This document shows positions 34,597-44,274 of a stretch of 64,000 nt of DNA, one piece after another; the first letter of the stretch is position 1, and the number at the start of each line of letters is the position of its first letter. The position numbers and the translations under genes are program-made. Source of the DNA: a virus; the IMG/VR virus record IMGVR_UViG_3300010383_000010, positions 241 to 64,240 of that record. One strand, written 5' to 3'. The notes under the pieces were generated by a model. That model worked only from the letters and a program-made list of their open reading frames with translations, was not told the DNA's origin and did not search any database.

Positions 34597-35901
34597 TTAA
34601 GCAGCGCGTTTTTGCGGCTGTTCGGCCGGTTTTGGCTGTGTGGTGGTGGCGACGGGTGGCGCATTGTCGTTTGCGGGCCGTGGGGCGGGCGTTTCACCCA
34701 GTTTTTCCAGTGGAACCATGGCGCCCTGAACTATCAGGCGGTCGCCGCCCGGCTCTTTCGCCTTGTTTTCGTAGGCGCGCGCCTCGTCCGGCGTGTAAAT
34801 GCCGTTCGTGACCATCTTCGACAGAAATTCGGCTCTCGCGGTGCTGTCGCCACGCAAAAGTCCCTCCATCGAGAACTTCACGATGGTTGTTTTGCGCGTT
34901 TTCGCGTCCAGCAAGTCGCGATAGATGGCCGATTCAATGCTTCGCAGCATTGGCGTAAGACACGTCTTGGTAAACTGCAGGATTAACTGCTCGATACCGC
35001 TGCCCCAGGTCGTCGTGCCGTTGGCCGCGTGGCCAATCATTACAGGCGGAACGCCGAAGATCCGGCAAATCTGCTCAACTGAATACTGACGCGCCTCCAA
35101 AAGCTGCGCGTCCTTCGGGTTGATACTGATCGCGTGCGGCGAAAGCCCCGCCTCCAGTACAGCAATGCCGCCAGCGTTCTCAGCACCGGCAAACGATTGA
35201 AGTGTGTCGCCAATCTGCTTGCGCTGTTCGGGCTTCAGCACCTGGTCCGACGTCAAAAACACCGTCGAAATCAGGCCCTTCTTGTACACGCGCCCAGACG
35301 ATTTCTCGCCGGCCAGCGCGTTGCCGATTACGTTACGCTCCATGCCGATAGGCGAAATACCGCGGTCACAGCCCGGCAGCAACGCGCCGCGGACATGAAA
35401 CATACGATCTTCGGTAACGCGCCGCTTGCCGCCCCTCTTGCCGGCCGCATACATGCGCTCCGTCACTTCGTAGTAACGGCGGTTGCTGTCGTCGCGCTTT
35501 ACGTCGACAGCCAACGGATCCAGCGGGATTAGCGAAACCAGCCGCTCGCCACTGAATTTCTTCTCCGCGAAGAAGTTGCCATCCAGGCAAAGGCAAATCG
35601 CTGCCATCGCCCAAAAGTCTGCCGACGTGTCGTCGAGGTTCGGCATGTCATGCAGAATCTCGTAAAGCGGCGACTTCTGGTTAACCGTCGTGCCGCCCGC
35701 ATCATACACCAGGCACGGCAGCGTCTTAACCGAATTGGCAATCAGGTTGACACAGGCCCACACGGCATCCAACTGCATGGCGCGGTCGTAATTCACAACC
35801 TCGCCGCTAGTCGTCTCGCCGCCAAAGAACCCGCGCCAAAAAGGCTCGCTGGACGCATTCAAATCAATGGAGCGCCCTAGCCATCTATCCCACCAGGCCA
35901 T
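34597..35901 (-). CDS. Portal protein, HK97 family
   Basis: AVWACVNLIA, CLDGNFF, GISPI, EQICRIFGVPP, GIYTPDEAR. Confidence 0.95.
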   Translation of the reverse strand: MAWWDRWLGRSIDLNASSEPFWRGFFGGETTSGEVVNYDRAMQLDAVWACVNLIANSVKTLPCLVYDAGGTTVNQKSPLYEILHDMPNLDDTSADFWAMAAICLCLDGNFFAEKKFSGERLVSLIPLDPLAVDVKRDDSNRRYYEVTERMYAAGKRGGKRRVTEDRMFHVRGALLPGCDRGISPIGMERNVIGNALAGEKSSGRVYKKGLISTVFLTSDQVLKPEQRKQIGDTLQSFAGAENAGGIAVLEAGLSPHAISINPKDAQLLEARQYSVEQICRIFGVPPVMIGHAANGTTTWGSGIEQLILQFTKTCLTPMLRSIESAIYRDLLDAKTRKTTIVKFSMEGLLRGDSTARAEFLSKMVTNGIYTPDEARAYENKAKEPGGDRLIVQGAMVPLEKLGETPAPRPANDNAPPVATTTQPKPAEQPQKRAA

Positions 35902-35947
35902 GACGCCCCTTCTGCTTGTAGCCGCACCGTTTGCGGCACCGCGCGCG

Positions 35948-37531
35948 TTACCACGTCACGGCGATCATGTTGTTTGCAAAGTCGTCGAGGTTGGCTTCGG
36001 GCTGATACGTCCCGGCCATTGCCGCGGCCATTGCCAAAGCCACAGCGCCGTCAATACGGCCGCGAGCCTTCTGCTTGTCGAGTTTCTTATTGCCAGACGG
36101 GTCGGTCTTAACGGCTGTATTCAACATACACGACGTCAATACCGGGTGGTCGCCGTGCGCAAGCCGTTTGTTCAGGATAAGACCGACAAGATCACGTAGC
36201 GCAGGCGTCATTGATGCAAAGCCCTGTCCGAACTGCTCGAACTTGGCGTTATCGCCTTCAAGCTGCCCTTCGTCGAAGCCGGCCTTCAGCAGCCACGGTT
36301 TCAGATGTCGCCACCGCCATCGGTCAAACGCAATCTTGCGCACATCGTACTTGTCGAAAACCTCATGGCGCAAATGATGCGCGACGAACTCGTAATCGAC
36401 AGTCGGCCCGGGTGTCACATCGAGGAATCGATTCCCCGTGGCGTCCGGCCGCGCCCACACGTCGTACGGTACGCGATCCTGCCGCGCCCGGTCCAACAGC
36501 CCGTCCTCGGGGAGCCAAAACGTCGGCTTGACACTCCATACCGTGCCGGTAGCGGTTTCCTCCGGCGCCATAAGCACCAGAGACGTCAAGTCGGATATTT
36601 CTGACAGGTCTAGCCCGCCAAATACCGGTTTGCCGTCGAAACTTGCAGCAGGTGCGTTGCAAGATTTCCATACGGAAGGCGCGACCAGCGGAGCGGTTGC
36701 GTCAATTCTCTGGTTTAGGAAGAGCCAGCGAAAACTCGATTCTTCCGTAGGCAGACGCGACGCCATTGCGGCCTTGTCTTCCACATCTTTCTTAGAACGA
36801 AAGATTCCAAGCGCCGGGTTTGCCGCTGCCCACGCCTCCTCGTCGAGCAAGTCGCAATCTTTTTCTGCTGTGTAAACATGCGAAACAATGCGCGGATCCT
36901 TCGACGTCTCTGCGTCGTCAATCCAACGCGAGAAAAGATCGTTATCTGTGGCGGCCTGCGTCGATATTGCAAACAGCATCGCGCGCCCTTCATAGGCGCC
37001 CTGCGAAGTTACAATCGCCTCAACGAATGCATCATGCGGCCCCTTCACCTGCCCCACCTCATCCAGAATGGCAAGGATGGGCGAGCCGCCGTGCGCACCG
37101 GCCGCCTCTGCTGAAATGGCCTCGTATTCAACGTTTCGCGCCAAGCCGACGATCTTCTTGCCAGAAGGCACAACGCGCGCCAGCTTCGACAGTTCAGGTG
37201 ATTGCCAAACCATCTTGGCGGCGTAGTTGAAGACTTCAGCTGCCTGCTTTCGAGTCCTGGCACCCGAAACGATGCGACTGTTCTGGTAGGCCTCCGGCCC
37301 AACGATGTGCGCCAGCAGCAGGCAGGCAATCAAGCCAGTCTTACCGTTTTTTCTGGCGATAGACAGGTACGCTCGCGACGTTCCGTTCGGGTTATCGTAT
37401 ACTTCGAGAATGAACCTCTTCTGGAACGGGAGAAGCTCAATGGATTTACCAAGTAGATTTCCCTCCGGAACCCTACAATAGCGGTGAATGAAGGCGATAA
37501 CTCTTTCGCCGCGCGTCATTTTCTCCGCCAT
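35948..37531 (-). CDS. terL: Terminase large subunit
   Basis: IARKNGKTG Walker A, ILDEVG Walker B, GGLDLS, RIDGAVALAMA. Confidence 0.95.
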   Translation of the reverse strand: MAEKMTRGERVIAFIHRYCRVPEGNLLGKSIELLPFQKRFILEVYDNPNGTSRAYLSIARKNGKTGLIACLLLAHIVGPEAYQNSRIVSGARTRKQAAEVFNYAAKMVWQSPELSKLARVVPSGKKIVGLARNVEYEAISAEAAGAHGGSPILAILDEVGQVKGPHDAFVEAIVTSQGAYEGRAMLFAISTQAATDNDLFSRWIDDAETSKDPRIVSHVYTAEKDCDLLDEEAWAAANPALGIFRSKKDVEDKAAMASRLPTEESSFRWLFLNQRIDATAPLVAPSVWKSCNAPAASFDGKPVFGGLDLSEISDLTSLVLMAPEETATGTVWSVKPTFWLPEDGLLDRARQDRVPYDVWARPDATGNRFLDVTPGPTVDYEFVAHHLRHEVFDKYDVRKIAFDRWRWRHLKPWLLKAGFDEGQLEGDNAKFEQFGQGFASMTPALRDLVGLILNKRLAHGDHPVLTSCMLNTAVKTDPSGNKKLDKQKARGRIDGAVALAMAAAMAGTYQPEANLDDFANNMIAVTW

Positions 37532-37534
37532 TAT

Positions 37535-37993
37535 TTACCTTGCCAGCAGTTCATCCTCCAGCGGGTTGTCTGCCTCAATATCTTTGGCGATGGCGCGCCT
37601 CTTGGCAGCGTCCCGCGCCTCCCCCATTTGCGCGCGCGCGTGAAGTGACAACGAGCGCCGGAATGACAAGATCGACGATGCGTGCATTTGCACGATAGCC
37701 TTGCGCGGATTTGCGACCGGTGTGCCTTTTTCGGAATATGCTACGCCGCCTTCATCGCGGAGCATCTTTTGCTCTCGCGTCAAATCTGCCATCGTGCGCG
37801 CAAGCATCGCAGCAATCTCAAGCTGATGCGCCGACCATTCCGAACGCGCAAACTCCGCAATGACATTACGGAAGAAAGGCAAATCACCATCATCAAGCGG
37901 AACGTTGCTAGGCGGATCAATTTCGCTCGCCGCCTTCGCCATAACCTTGACGGCCTCTTCGGCGCTGTCTATGCGCGCCTTACGCTTCGCCAT
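37535..37993 (-). CDS. terS: Terminase small subunit (P27-like)
   Basis: Directly upstream of terL; KGTPVANP..LSLHARA. Confidence 0.82.
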   Translation of the reverse strand: MAKRKARIDSAEEAVKVMAKAASEIDPPSNVPLDDGDLPFFRNVIAEFARSEWSAHQLEIAAMLARTMADLTREQKMLRDEGGVAYSEKGTPVANPRKAIVQMHASSILSFRRSLSLHARAQMGEARDAAKRRAIAKDIEADNPLEDELLAR

Positions 37994-38039
37994 GGTTCTT
38001 CCTTATGGGAAAATCTGTATTAGCGTTAAAGCTGAGTTG

Positions 38040-38095
38040 TGTGCGCCGGTATATAAGGGGCGATCGCCGACTTTGGAGGCCGCCCCGTCAATGCA
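38040..38095 (-). other. Putative cos region
   Basis: Between packaging HNH and terS; minus strand GGGGCGGCCTCCAAAGT...ATACCGGCGC resembles layouts in HK97-like cos phages. Confidence 0.4.
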
Positions 38096-38130
38096 TCGCA
38101 TTGATTTTGTTTGTCTTTTAGGATTGTCAC

Positions 38131-38436
38131 TTAGATCGGATAGCCATCGGAGCCGTAGGCCATCAACGCGCCACGCTCTTCGCGCTGTTTTGCTCCGTCA
38201 TGATGCGCCTTGCACAAGCTCTGGAATGGGCCAAGCCAGAACGCCGTCACGTCACCCTTGTGTGGGGTAACGTGATCACACACCGTAGCCGGCTCAATCA
38301 CTTCGCTTTCCAGGCACATGCAGCACAAAGGCTCGGCCATAAGCTGAGCCTCACGCAACCGACGCCAACGCGTTGTGTTGTATAGCTTTCGATATGCTAC
38401 CGCCTCGACGCTGCGCTTGTCTGGCTTAGCGGCCAC
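38131..38436 (-). CDS. Packaging HNH endonuclease (HK97 gp74-like)
   Basis: YNTTRWRRLR..EPLCCMC..DHVTPHKGD..QSLCKAHH; upstream of terS. Confidence 0.88.
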   Translation of the reverse strand: MAAKPDKRSVEAVAYRKLYNTTRWRRLREAQLMAEPLCCMCLESEVIEPATVCDHVTPHKGDVTAFWLGPFQSLCKAHHDGAKQREERGALMAYGSDGYPI

Positions 38437-38605
38437 GCTGCTCGTACCGCATGAACCGCAACGGCAGCGAGCGATCGTACGCGGCAAGCGCATCCGCAAT
38501 CATGCGCTTGACCTCGGCGCGACTAACCAAGTCCATCTCAGCCTTGGCGCGCTCAAGGTCGCTGGTGTCCAGGTCTAGCTTGACGGTGAGTGTGCTAGTG
38601 GGCAT
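38426..38605 (-). CDS. Hypothetical protein
   Basis: GGAGG RBS; LTVKLDLDTS. Confidence 0.55.
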   Translation of the reverse strand: MPTSTLTVKLDLDTSDLERAKAEMDLVSRAEVKRMIADALAAYDRSLPLRFMRYEQRGR

Positions 38606-38819
38606 GGACCGGCGCCTCCTGCAGCACATACTTGGCGATCGTCGCGCCACCATCATTCATCAGATAAGCAGTCGTCGCCCCGGTAAGCGTGTGCGCCGTG
38701 TCGCGCTCGTCGCGCCATCCAACACTCTTGGTGTATCGTCCGTCCATCTTGGCGCGCACGTCGTAGGCCTCCGATACTCGCTCGTATCCGTCTGCATCGA
38801 TATATTTCATGGTAAGCAT
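38595..38819 (-). CDS. Hypothetical phage protein
   Basis: MLTMKYI..AYLMNDGGATIAKY pattern. Confidence 0.65.
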   Translation of the reverse strand: MLTMKYIDADGYERVSEAYDVRAKMDGRYTKSVGWRDERDTAHTLTGATTAYLMNDGGATIAKYVLQEAPVHAH

Positions 38820-38916
38820 TGCTTCGGCCTTCTTCTGCTGAATAACGCAGCCCGGCACTATCTGCGCGCTCGCAGGTTGCCTGGCTGGACATGCAGCACG
38901 CTGCATGTGGGTGGGT

Positions 38917-38990
38917 TGGCGAAGGACCAGGGATTCGAACCCCGACTAAGTGGGTTGGAGCCACTTGTGCTACCGTTACACTAATCCAAC
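38917..38990 (-). tRNA. tRNA-Trp(CCA), acceptor stem with two U-U mismatches
   Basis: GTTGGAT..AGTGG-CTCCAAC-CCACT..CGGGG-TTCGAAT-CCCTG GTCCTTC G CCA, 74 nt. Confidence 0.82.
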
Positions 38991-38993
38991 ATT

Positions 38994-39072
38994 TGGTTGC
39001 GGCAGGTCGGATTTGAACCGACGTTCTCCTGGTTATGAGCCAGGCGAGATGACCAGACTTCTCCACTCCGCA
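38994..39072 (-). tRNA. tRNA-Met(CAT), fMet-like body with bulged acceptor stem
   Basis: TGCGGAG..CCTGG-CTCATAA-CCAGG..GTCGG-TTCAAAT-CCGAC CTGCCGCA A CCA, 79 nt. Confidence 0.85.
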
Positions 39073-39179
39073 ATAAGAAGGCCGCAACGCCTGCGCGTCA
39101 GGGTTACGCTACCCACGCTTTTGCACCACAATGCGGTGACGGCGGCCATGTTGTCGTCTGCCCATTCGGGCGAATTGAA

Positions 39180-39239
39180 AGCGGCAGGGAGCAGCGCCAA
39201 CGGCGCCCGGTTTATCTACCCGTTGCTCAACCTGCCGCT
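39180..39239 (-). ncRNA. Candidate structured RNA upstream of tRNA pair
   Basis: Nested stems GCGGCAGG/CCTGCCGC and GAGCAGCG/CGTTGCTC enclosing short hairpins, in about 440 nt with no convincing ORF. Confidence 0.35.
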
Positions 39240-39518
39240 AGAACGCCACAACGCAGCGGGAGGAGGACGCGCGAAGTGGCGATGCGGTGTGGTGCCGAAC
39301 GCAGAAGCTAGTGCTGTCGGTCATTGAGGCACCATTGTGTGCCGCCACGGTTAGTTACGCCCAACTCAGCGGTGGCGCCGTGCTGTTCGCGCAGCCGTAC
39401 CGCCACATGGTCGAGCGTCCGTCGCATAAGCGCACGGAACAGTGCGGGTAGCGCCAGCCAACAATGCGGCTTCACTACCCCTCACTGATACTCACCATGG
39501 GAAAGGGCTTTAGGGACG

Positions 39519-40442
39519 CTATGCGGCAGATTTTTTCAACGCAACATCAAGATTGTCGTTTGCTGCGCGTAAAATCTTCTTGCCCATTCTCTCGGCGCGT
39601 TTACCGACAAAACCGTGCGCCTCGCCAATCTCACGAAACGTTTTAGCCGTCATGGCAACGTCAAGCGTCTTGCTGTCTGCGCCTGATAGCGCGGCAAGTG
39701 TTTCAGCCCACATCTCACGCTCGACTATATGTGTCGTGACGTCTTCCCAGGCAACGCTGCCGCTTTCGCCCTTCTTGCCCTTTTCCAAGCCGATGAACAA
39801 TTCGCGAAGATTGGTCGGCCGCCACGGAAAGCCGGGCTTGCAGGGTTTGGCGGCGTGGGCGGGTAGTAAGGCGAGTTCCGCCCGCATATCCGCTTTTGAC
39901 TGCAGCTTGGCAGGTTTCTCTGCCGCTCGCTTATCCTTGCCCTTGCGCCTTACCTTGTTTGGGTGCTTACCGCCATATACGTCGGTATAGGCCACGTTGC
40001 TAACAATCGTGTCGCCACCCAACACGCGCTCCTGCCTGTCGCGCGTGCCAAGCATGGCGCCAACTGGCATCGGCGCGTCATATTCGATAAGCTTGCCGTC
40101 GATGCTATAGCGGTATGCGCGCTCCTTTTGCGAGCCGTCGCTAAAACGCAACTTGCCTATGCCGGTTACGACCTTATGGCTTTTCGTTTCGCCGCCGGGC
40201 AGTTTCTCGACGTGCGTGCCGTATTCGACGGTGCCGCTTTCTATGGCCTCCTCGATTTCGGAAATGGTCGGCCTAATGGCCCTGCGCCGCTCGATATGCA
40301 ACCCAGCCAAATCCTCCGGATTGTTGTCGTTTGCCGCTACCGGCGTGAAGTTGGTTTTGACGGGCGCGGGTTCGCCTTCCGGCTTGCCGCGGTATGCCAT
40401 TACCGATTTTAGCTGTTCCGCTAATGATGCGTGGCGAGTCAT
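39519..40442 (-). CDS. Putative late transcription regulator with C-terminal HTH
   Basis: AKTFREIGEAHGF..AERMGKKILR; last early gene before tRNAs and packaging genes. Confidence 0.6.
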   Translation of the reverse strand: MTRHASLAEQLKSVMAYRGKPEGEPAPVKTNFTPVAANDNNPEDLAGLHIERRRAIRPTISEIEEAIESGTVEYGTHVEKLPGGETKSHKVVTGIGKLRFSDGSQKERAYRYSIDGKLIEYDAPMPVGAMLGTRDRQERVLGGDTIVSNVAYTDVYGGKHPNKVRRKGKDKRAAEKPAKLQSKADMRAELALLPAHAAKPCKPGFPWRPTNLRELFIGLEKGKKGESGSVAWEDVTTHIVEREMWAETLAALSGADSKTLDVAMTAKTFREIGEAHGFVGKRAERMGKKILRAANDNLDVALKKSAA

Positions 40443-40553
40443 GCTGTGTTGATGTCCCCGTTATCGTTATGCTACATCTTGTGGCCGCGTTTATGCCGCT
40501 ACACACATTATAGGGTTATTCGCGGCAAAAGTGCAGGGCTGGGTGGAAATAAA

Positions 40554-41087
40554 TTATGCGGCGGTGGTGGTTTTGGTGTTGTCGTTGTTAGCCAACCAAC
40601 CCCGCACCAACGCCACAGCCTGCGCAGCGGCGTCCTCCGGCGTGGTGGCGCGCAACACCGCCTGCCGCGTGAAGCCTAGCGCAGCCAACAGCGCATGGCG
40701 CTCCCGCTGCGCCTTGCTAACCGCAGCCCCGCCCTTCACCTCGATAAGCGCCAGCCGACCGCCGTAGATGTACAGCCGTAAGTCTGCCTCGCCGGGGGTA
40801 AGGCCCGTAGCCTTGGCCTTGGCCGCTTCCCGCATAGACCGGCGAGCCGCGTTAAAGTCGCCAGCCAGCGTAAACGTGCCTGGTTTGGCGCCGGCAGCGG
40901 TGGCCGCATATTCCGGCATAGAACGCAGCGCACGCACGATAGCCGCCTGAAGCAGCCATTCCTCGACGGGCGCCGGCTTCATGGTAACGCGCCCGTCCTT
41001 GGTGGTGAGGCGGACGCGGGCGCCGTTGATGCGGACTGTTTGGGTGGTGGTGCGGGTGGCTGCCGTGGTGGTGGTTTTTGCAGGCAT
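40554..41087 (-). CDS. VRR-NUC domain nuclease
   Basis: EEWLLQAAIV, GLTPGEADL..LIEVK..SKAQ. Confidence 0.85.
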   Translation of the reverse strand: MPAKTTTTAATRTTTQTVRINGARVRLTTKDGRVTMKPAPVEEWLLQAAIVRALRSMPEYAATAAGAKPGTFTLAGDFNAARRSMREAAKAKATGLTPGEADLRLYIYGGRLALIEVKGGAAVSKAQRERHALLAALGFTRQAVLRATTPEDAAAQAVALVRGWLANNDNTKTTTAA

Positions 41088-41099
41088 GTGCGCCTCCTT

Positions 41100-41310
41100 G
41101 TAAATATATACTTTCATCTCTCACACACACATGGATTCAGTAATAAAGGTATATATTTACAATGACTATAAAATAGCAATTTTGTGTATGTGAATCAATG
41201 CGTTAAGTCTGTTCCAAATTTTACAATTGTCTGCAATTTTTGCAACGAGTCCGAATCCCGTTGCAAAAAATCGGGCAATTGCAGCGTCATTGCAAAAATT
41301 TCTGCAACGT
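41100..41310. other. Putative replication origin
   Basis: Very AT-rich tract followed by a TGCAA cluster including inverted repeat TTTTTGCAACG/CGTTGCAAAAA (41237-41269); directly after primase gene. Confidence 0.5.
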
Positions 41311-41311
41311 C

Positions 41312-43627
41312 CTAAGCGGCCAGTTTTTCGCTGGCCAGGCGCACCTTCACGCCCTTGCCCTCGATTGTCGGGCGCTCGATTTCGCCCGACAGCACAAGGC
41401 GCTTAATGGCCTGCTCAACCATACGATCGTCGGCCTTCGATACGCCGCGCTTGCGCACCAGCGTCGACTGCGCCAGCGAGCCGTCCTTGCTTTGGCGAAG
41501 CGCGGACAGGATGGCCTTGCACAGTTCCTCGAATTGCGATCCGGCCATGTATTCGTCGACGCCGCGATTGATGGACACAATGGACGCCTGCACGATGGCG
41601 TGGCCCCACTCAACGTCCTCAACCGTAACGGCCGGCTTGGCGCTGTCACGGCTTAACGCGCGGATTGTCGCAAGCTTAATCGTGTGCTCCGCGGTTCGCC
41701 CTATAATGCCCTCGGACGCTCCGTTATCGCCAATTTCTTCAATCTGCCAATCCTCGATTTTCGTCCATCGCCGTTCAGCCTCCTCGTCAGCCCAAGGCAC
41801 AGCAAGCAGGGCCGGCCGAATGTGCGGATTCTTCCAGTTCTTGGGCATATTCTCACTTGTGACGGGAAACCTGTCTCGACTTTCCTTGATCGCGCCAATC
41901 AATGACGTCGGCGTAATAAGGATTGCCGGCGCCTTATGCCTGTCCGGTCGCAGGGTAGGCTCCAGAACCACCAGACGCGCTACAAAACCATCTGTGAGGC
42001 TTTCCTCCGTGATGCCCTTGTAGAACGTGGTCGGCGTCGACATGCCCATAAGTGACACGGTGGGCGAGAACACCGGCTCGGCAGAGCTATCCCGCGTTGG
42101 GTCGGCATGTTCCTTTCCGGACCACATGCCGTTCGATTTGGAGAATATCTCCAGCAGCACCTTGCGTATGGTTTGCGCCCAGCTCGACGAGCCGCGCCCT
42201 GTTACGGACTGAAGCACGACGCCCATCTCGTCCCACGGCATAAGGAACACGGGGCGACGGCGCACGATCTTTTCGATTGCGGATCCGCTGGTGACTTCGC
42301 CGGGGCCGATAAGGTCCGGCATCTGCACATCGACAGCAAGCGTTTGCACCGTCTTCAATGGATGCTCCTTGCCGAAGCCAGGAGGTGCAATGCCGACCAT
42401 ATAGACGTTAAGCCCCGCGCCTGTCGGCCCAACGGCCCGGCGGCCGAACAGCACGGACATGAACGCCACGGCCGCCATGATGGAGAACTCCGGCACGGGC
42501 CGCCGCGATGTGTCGTAAACCCACTGGCTGATAGCGCCAAGTAAGCCGCCGGCTTCCTGCGGCGTGAACGGGTTATAGTATTTGTTGTCGTTGGCTGGCT
42601 TTTTGGGCGTGGGGGATGCGGGTGCAGGTGCTGCCGGAAGGGCGGTTGGCTTAGCCGCTTTCTTTGTCATCTTCTCCCGCATCTTGGTTGTGTCCACAAA
42701 CTCAATCTCCTTGTAGTTGAGTTTGCCCTTGAGCCAATCGGTGGCGACGTCGAGGCCGCAGCTAAAGACGTTCATCACCACATCGAGCGCCGTGTGGTTT
42801 TCGTTTGCGCCCCAATCGGTGATGCCCTTCGCGCTGAACGAAAGGTTCGGGTTTTCAACGCCGCGCCATTCCGCCACGGCACGGTAACGCCCGTCGCCGC
42901 TGCGCTTGCACTGTGGGAGTTTGAGTTCAGGCACCCATAGGTCGAGATTTGCGAGCGCCAGGTCGTTGATCTCGCGCCAAATCGTGTCTCGCGATTCAAC
43001 CTCATGGTACTCATGCACAATAGGCTCGATATAGCCAAAGCGCGACAGCACCGCGGCGATCTTGTCGGCTATGTCGTCGTCAAGAACCGGCAGGTCTTCG
43101 GGGGCGTAGTCCTCCAGCGGATCGCCAAGCCACTGGTATGACTCCTGCGTATCAGGGTGGATGGTTGGTGGGCAGACGGTTTGCTTTCCGTAGGCGAGAA
43201 GGTCGACAATGCGTTCCTGCTTCCCGAAAACGGAAATGCTGAAGGCGCGGCTGACAATCTTGTCCGAGCCGCGGAAGAACGCCGAATAGCCCTTCTGGCC
43301 GCGCTTCTTGACGGGGCTATCAGGGATGATTTCGGCCAATGCCGCGCGGATTGTTTCGTCGTCTGTGTCAATGTCGACCACCTTTACCATGTGGTCTAGC
43401 ACAACGCAGACGCCGCCTTGCGGCCAGTCGCACCAGGTTGCCACCTCTTCGTCGGTCGGCATACGATCGCAGTATTCATTCCAGCCGAGATTTCCGAACC
43501 AGTATCCCTGCGAATAAGCGCCGGGGCGTTTGCTGCCCGGTCGGCACGGGATGGCGCGCCAACCTTGGTCGACGAGCTTGGCGCCGACGCGAGCGTAGGG
43601 GGATGGTATCTTGGGGAGTGCCGCCAC
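41312..43627 (-). CDS. Bifunctional DNA primase/polymerase with DUF3987-like C-terminal domain
   Basis: GWRAIPCRPGSKRP, VVDIDTD, KQTVCPPTIHPDT; GFGKEH, DEMG, DGFVARL. Confidence 0.85.
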   Translation of the reverse strand: MAALPKIPSPYARVGAKLVDQGWRAIPCRPGSKRPGAYSQGYWFGNLGWNEYCDRMPTDEEVATWCDWPQGGVCVVLDHMVKVVDIDTDDETIRAALAEIIPDSPVKKRGQKGYSAFFRGSDKIVSRAFSISVFGKQERIVDLLAYGKQTVCPPTIHPDTQESYQWLGDPLEDYAPEDLPVLDDDIADKIAAVLSRFGYIEPIVHEYHEVESRDTIWREINDLALANLDLWVPELKLPQCKRSGDGRYRAVAEWRGVENPNLSFSAKGITDWGANENHTALDVVMNVFSCGLDVATDWLKGKLNYKEIEFVDTTKMREKMTKKAAKPTALPAAPAPASPTPKKPANDNKYYNPFTPQEAGGLLGAISQWVYDTSRRPVPEFSIMAAVAFMSVLFGRRAVGPTGAGLNVYMVGIAPPGFGKEHPLKTVQTLAVDVQMPDLIGPGEVTSGSAIEKIVRRRPVFLMPWDEMGVVLQSVTGRGSSSWAQTIRKVLLEIFSKSNGMWSGKEHADPTRDSSAEPVFSPTVSLMGMSTPTTFYKGITEESLTDGFVARLVVLEPTLRPDRHKAPAILITPTSLIGAIKESRDRFPVTSENMPKNWKNPHIRPALLAVPWADEEAERRWTKIEDWQIEEIGDNGASEGIIGRTAEHTIKLATIRALSRDSAKPAVTVEDVEWGHAIVQASIVSINRGVDEYMAGSQFEELCKAILSALRQSKDGSLAQSTLVRKRGVSKADDRMVEQAIKRLVLSGEIERPTIEGKGVKVRLASEKLAA

Positions 43628-44274
43628 TATGCTGCCTTCCTTTTCCACTGAACGAGGTTGCCGGCTTCGCGCCATAGGTGTTCGGGCGTGTCGTCGTATA
43701 TGCGATGCAAGTGCCCGTCTCCTTCGTGCTGTCCGCCAATACGGTATTGAAAATTGTTGTACCGAGCGGCATAGTCGAGGGCCGTCTCTTCCCCGTAAAA
43801 CAGATCGGCGAAGTCCTGGTCACAAAAGTCGTCTAAAGCGAAAACCCCTAAGCCCCATCTATTCCAACTGTCGTTTTTGAACGGGCCGTTGCCAACAACC
43901 ACAATTTCGTACTGCGGTCTTGATTTCGATTCTTCCACATACGAATCGAATTCTTCTTCTGCCATTTCGTCTATTGGTTTCCTTGGCGGAGAAATCGCGC
44001 TTGCCGCGCGAAATGCTTTATCGGCGACGATCTTGGCCTGTTTAATTGCGGCATCTTCGGCATCCGCAAAGTTAATCGGCTTGACTTCAACGAGCGCCTT
44101 GACCTTGCCCTTCAGCATGAAATCCGGCGCCCAGCCATCCAGGTCGAACGGCTCATAATCCCATTTCCAGCCGCATAGATCGAAGAACGCCGCCCAACGC
44201 GCTTCTAGGCGCGAGCGGAAGTTGACGCCCGCATAGGTCGTCGGAATTGCCTTGATGTCGTATTTCATTGTCAT
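43627..44274 (-). CDS. PD-(D/E)XK-type nuclease-like protein
   Basis: PTTYAGVNFRSRLEARWAAFFD..WDYEP..WAPDF..LVEVKP. Confidence 0.78.
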   Translation of the reverse strand: MTMKYDIKAIPTTYAGVNFRSRLEARWAAFFDLCGWKWDYEPFDLDGWAPDFMLKGKVKALVEVKPINFADAEDAAIKQAKIVADKAFRAASAISPPRKPIDEMAEEEFDSYVEESKSRPQYEIVVVGNGPFKNDSWNRWGLGVFALDDFCDQDFADLFYGEETALDYAARYNNFQYRIGGQHEGDGHLHRIYDDTPEHLWREAGNLVQWKRKAA

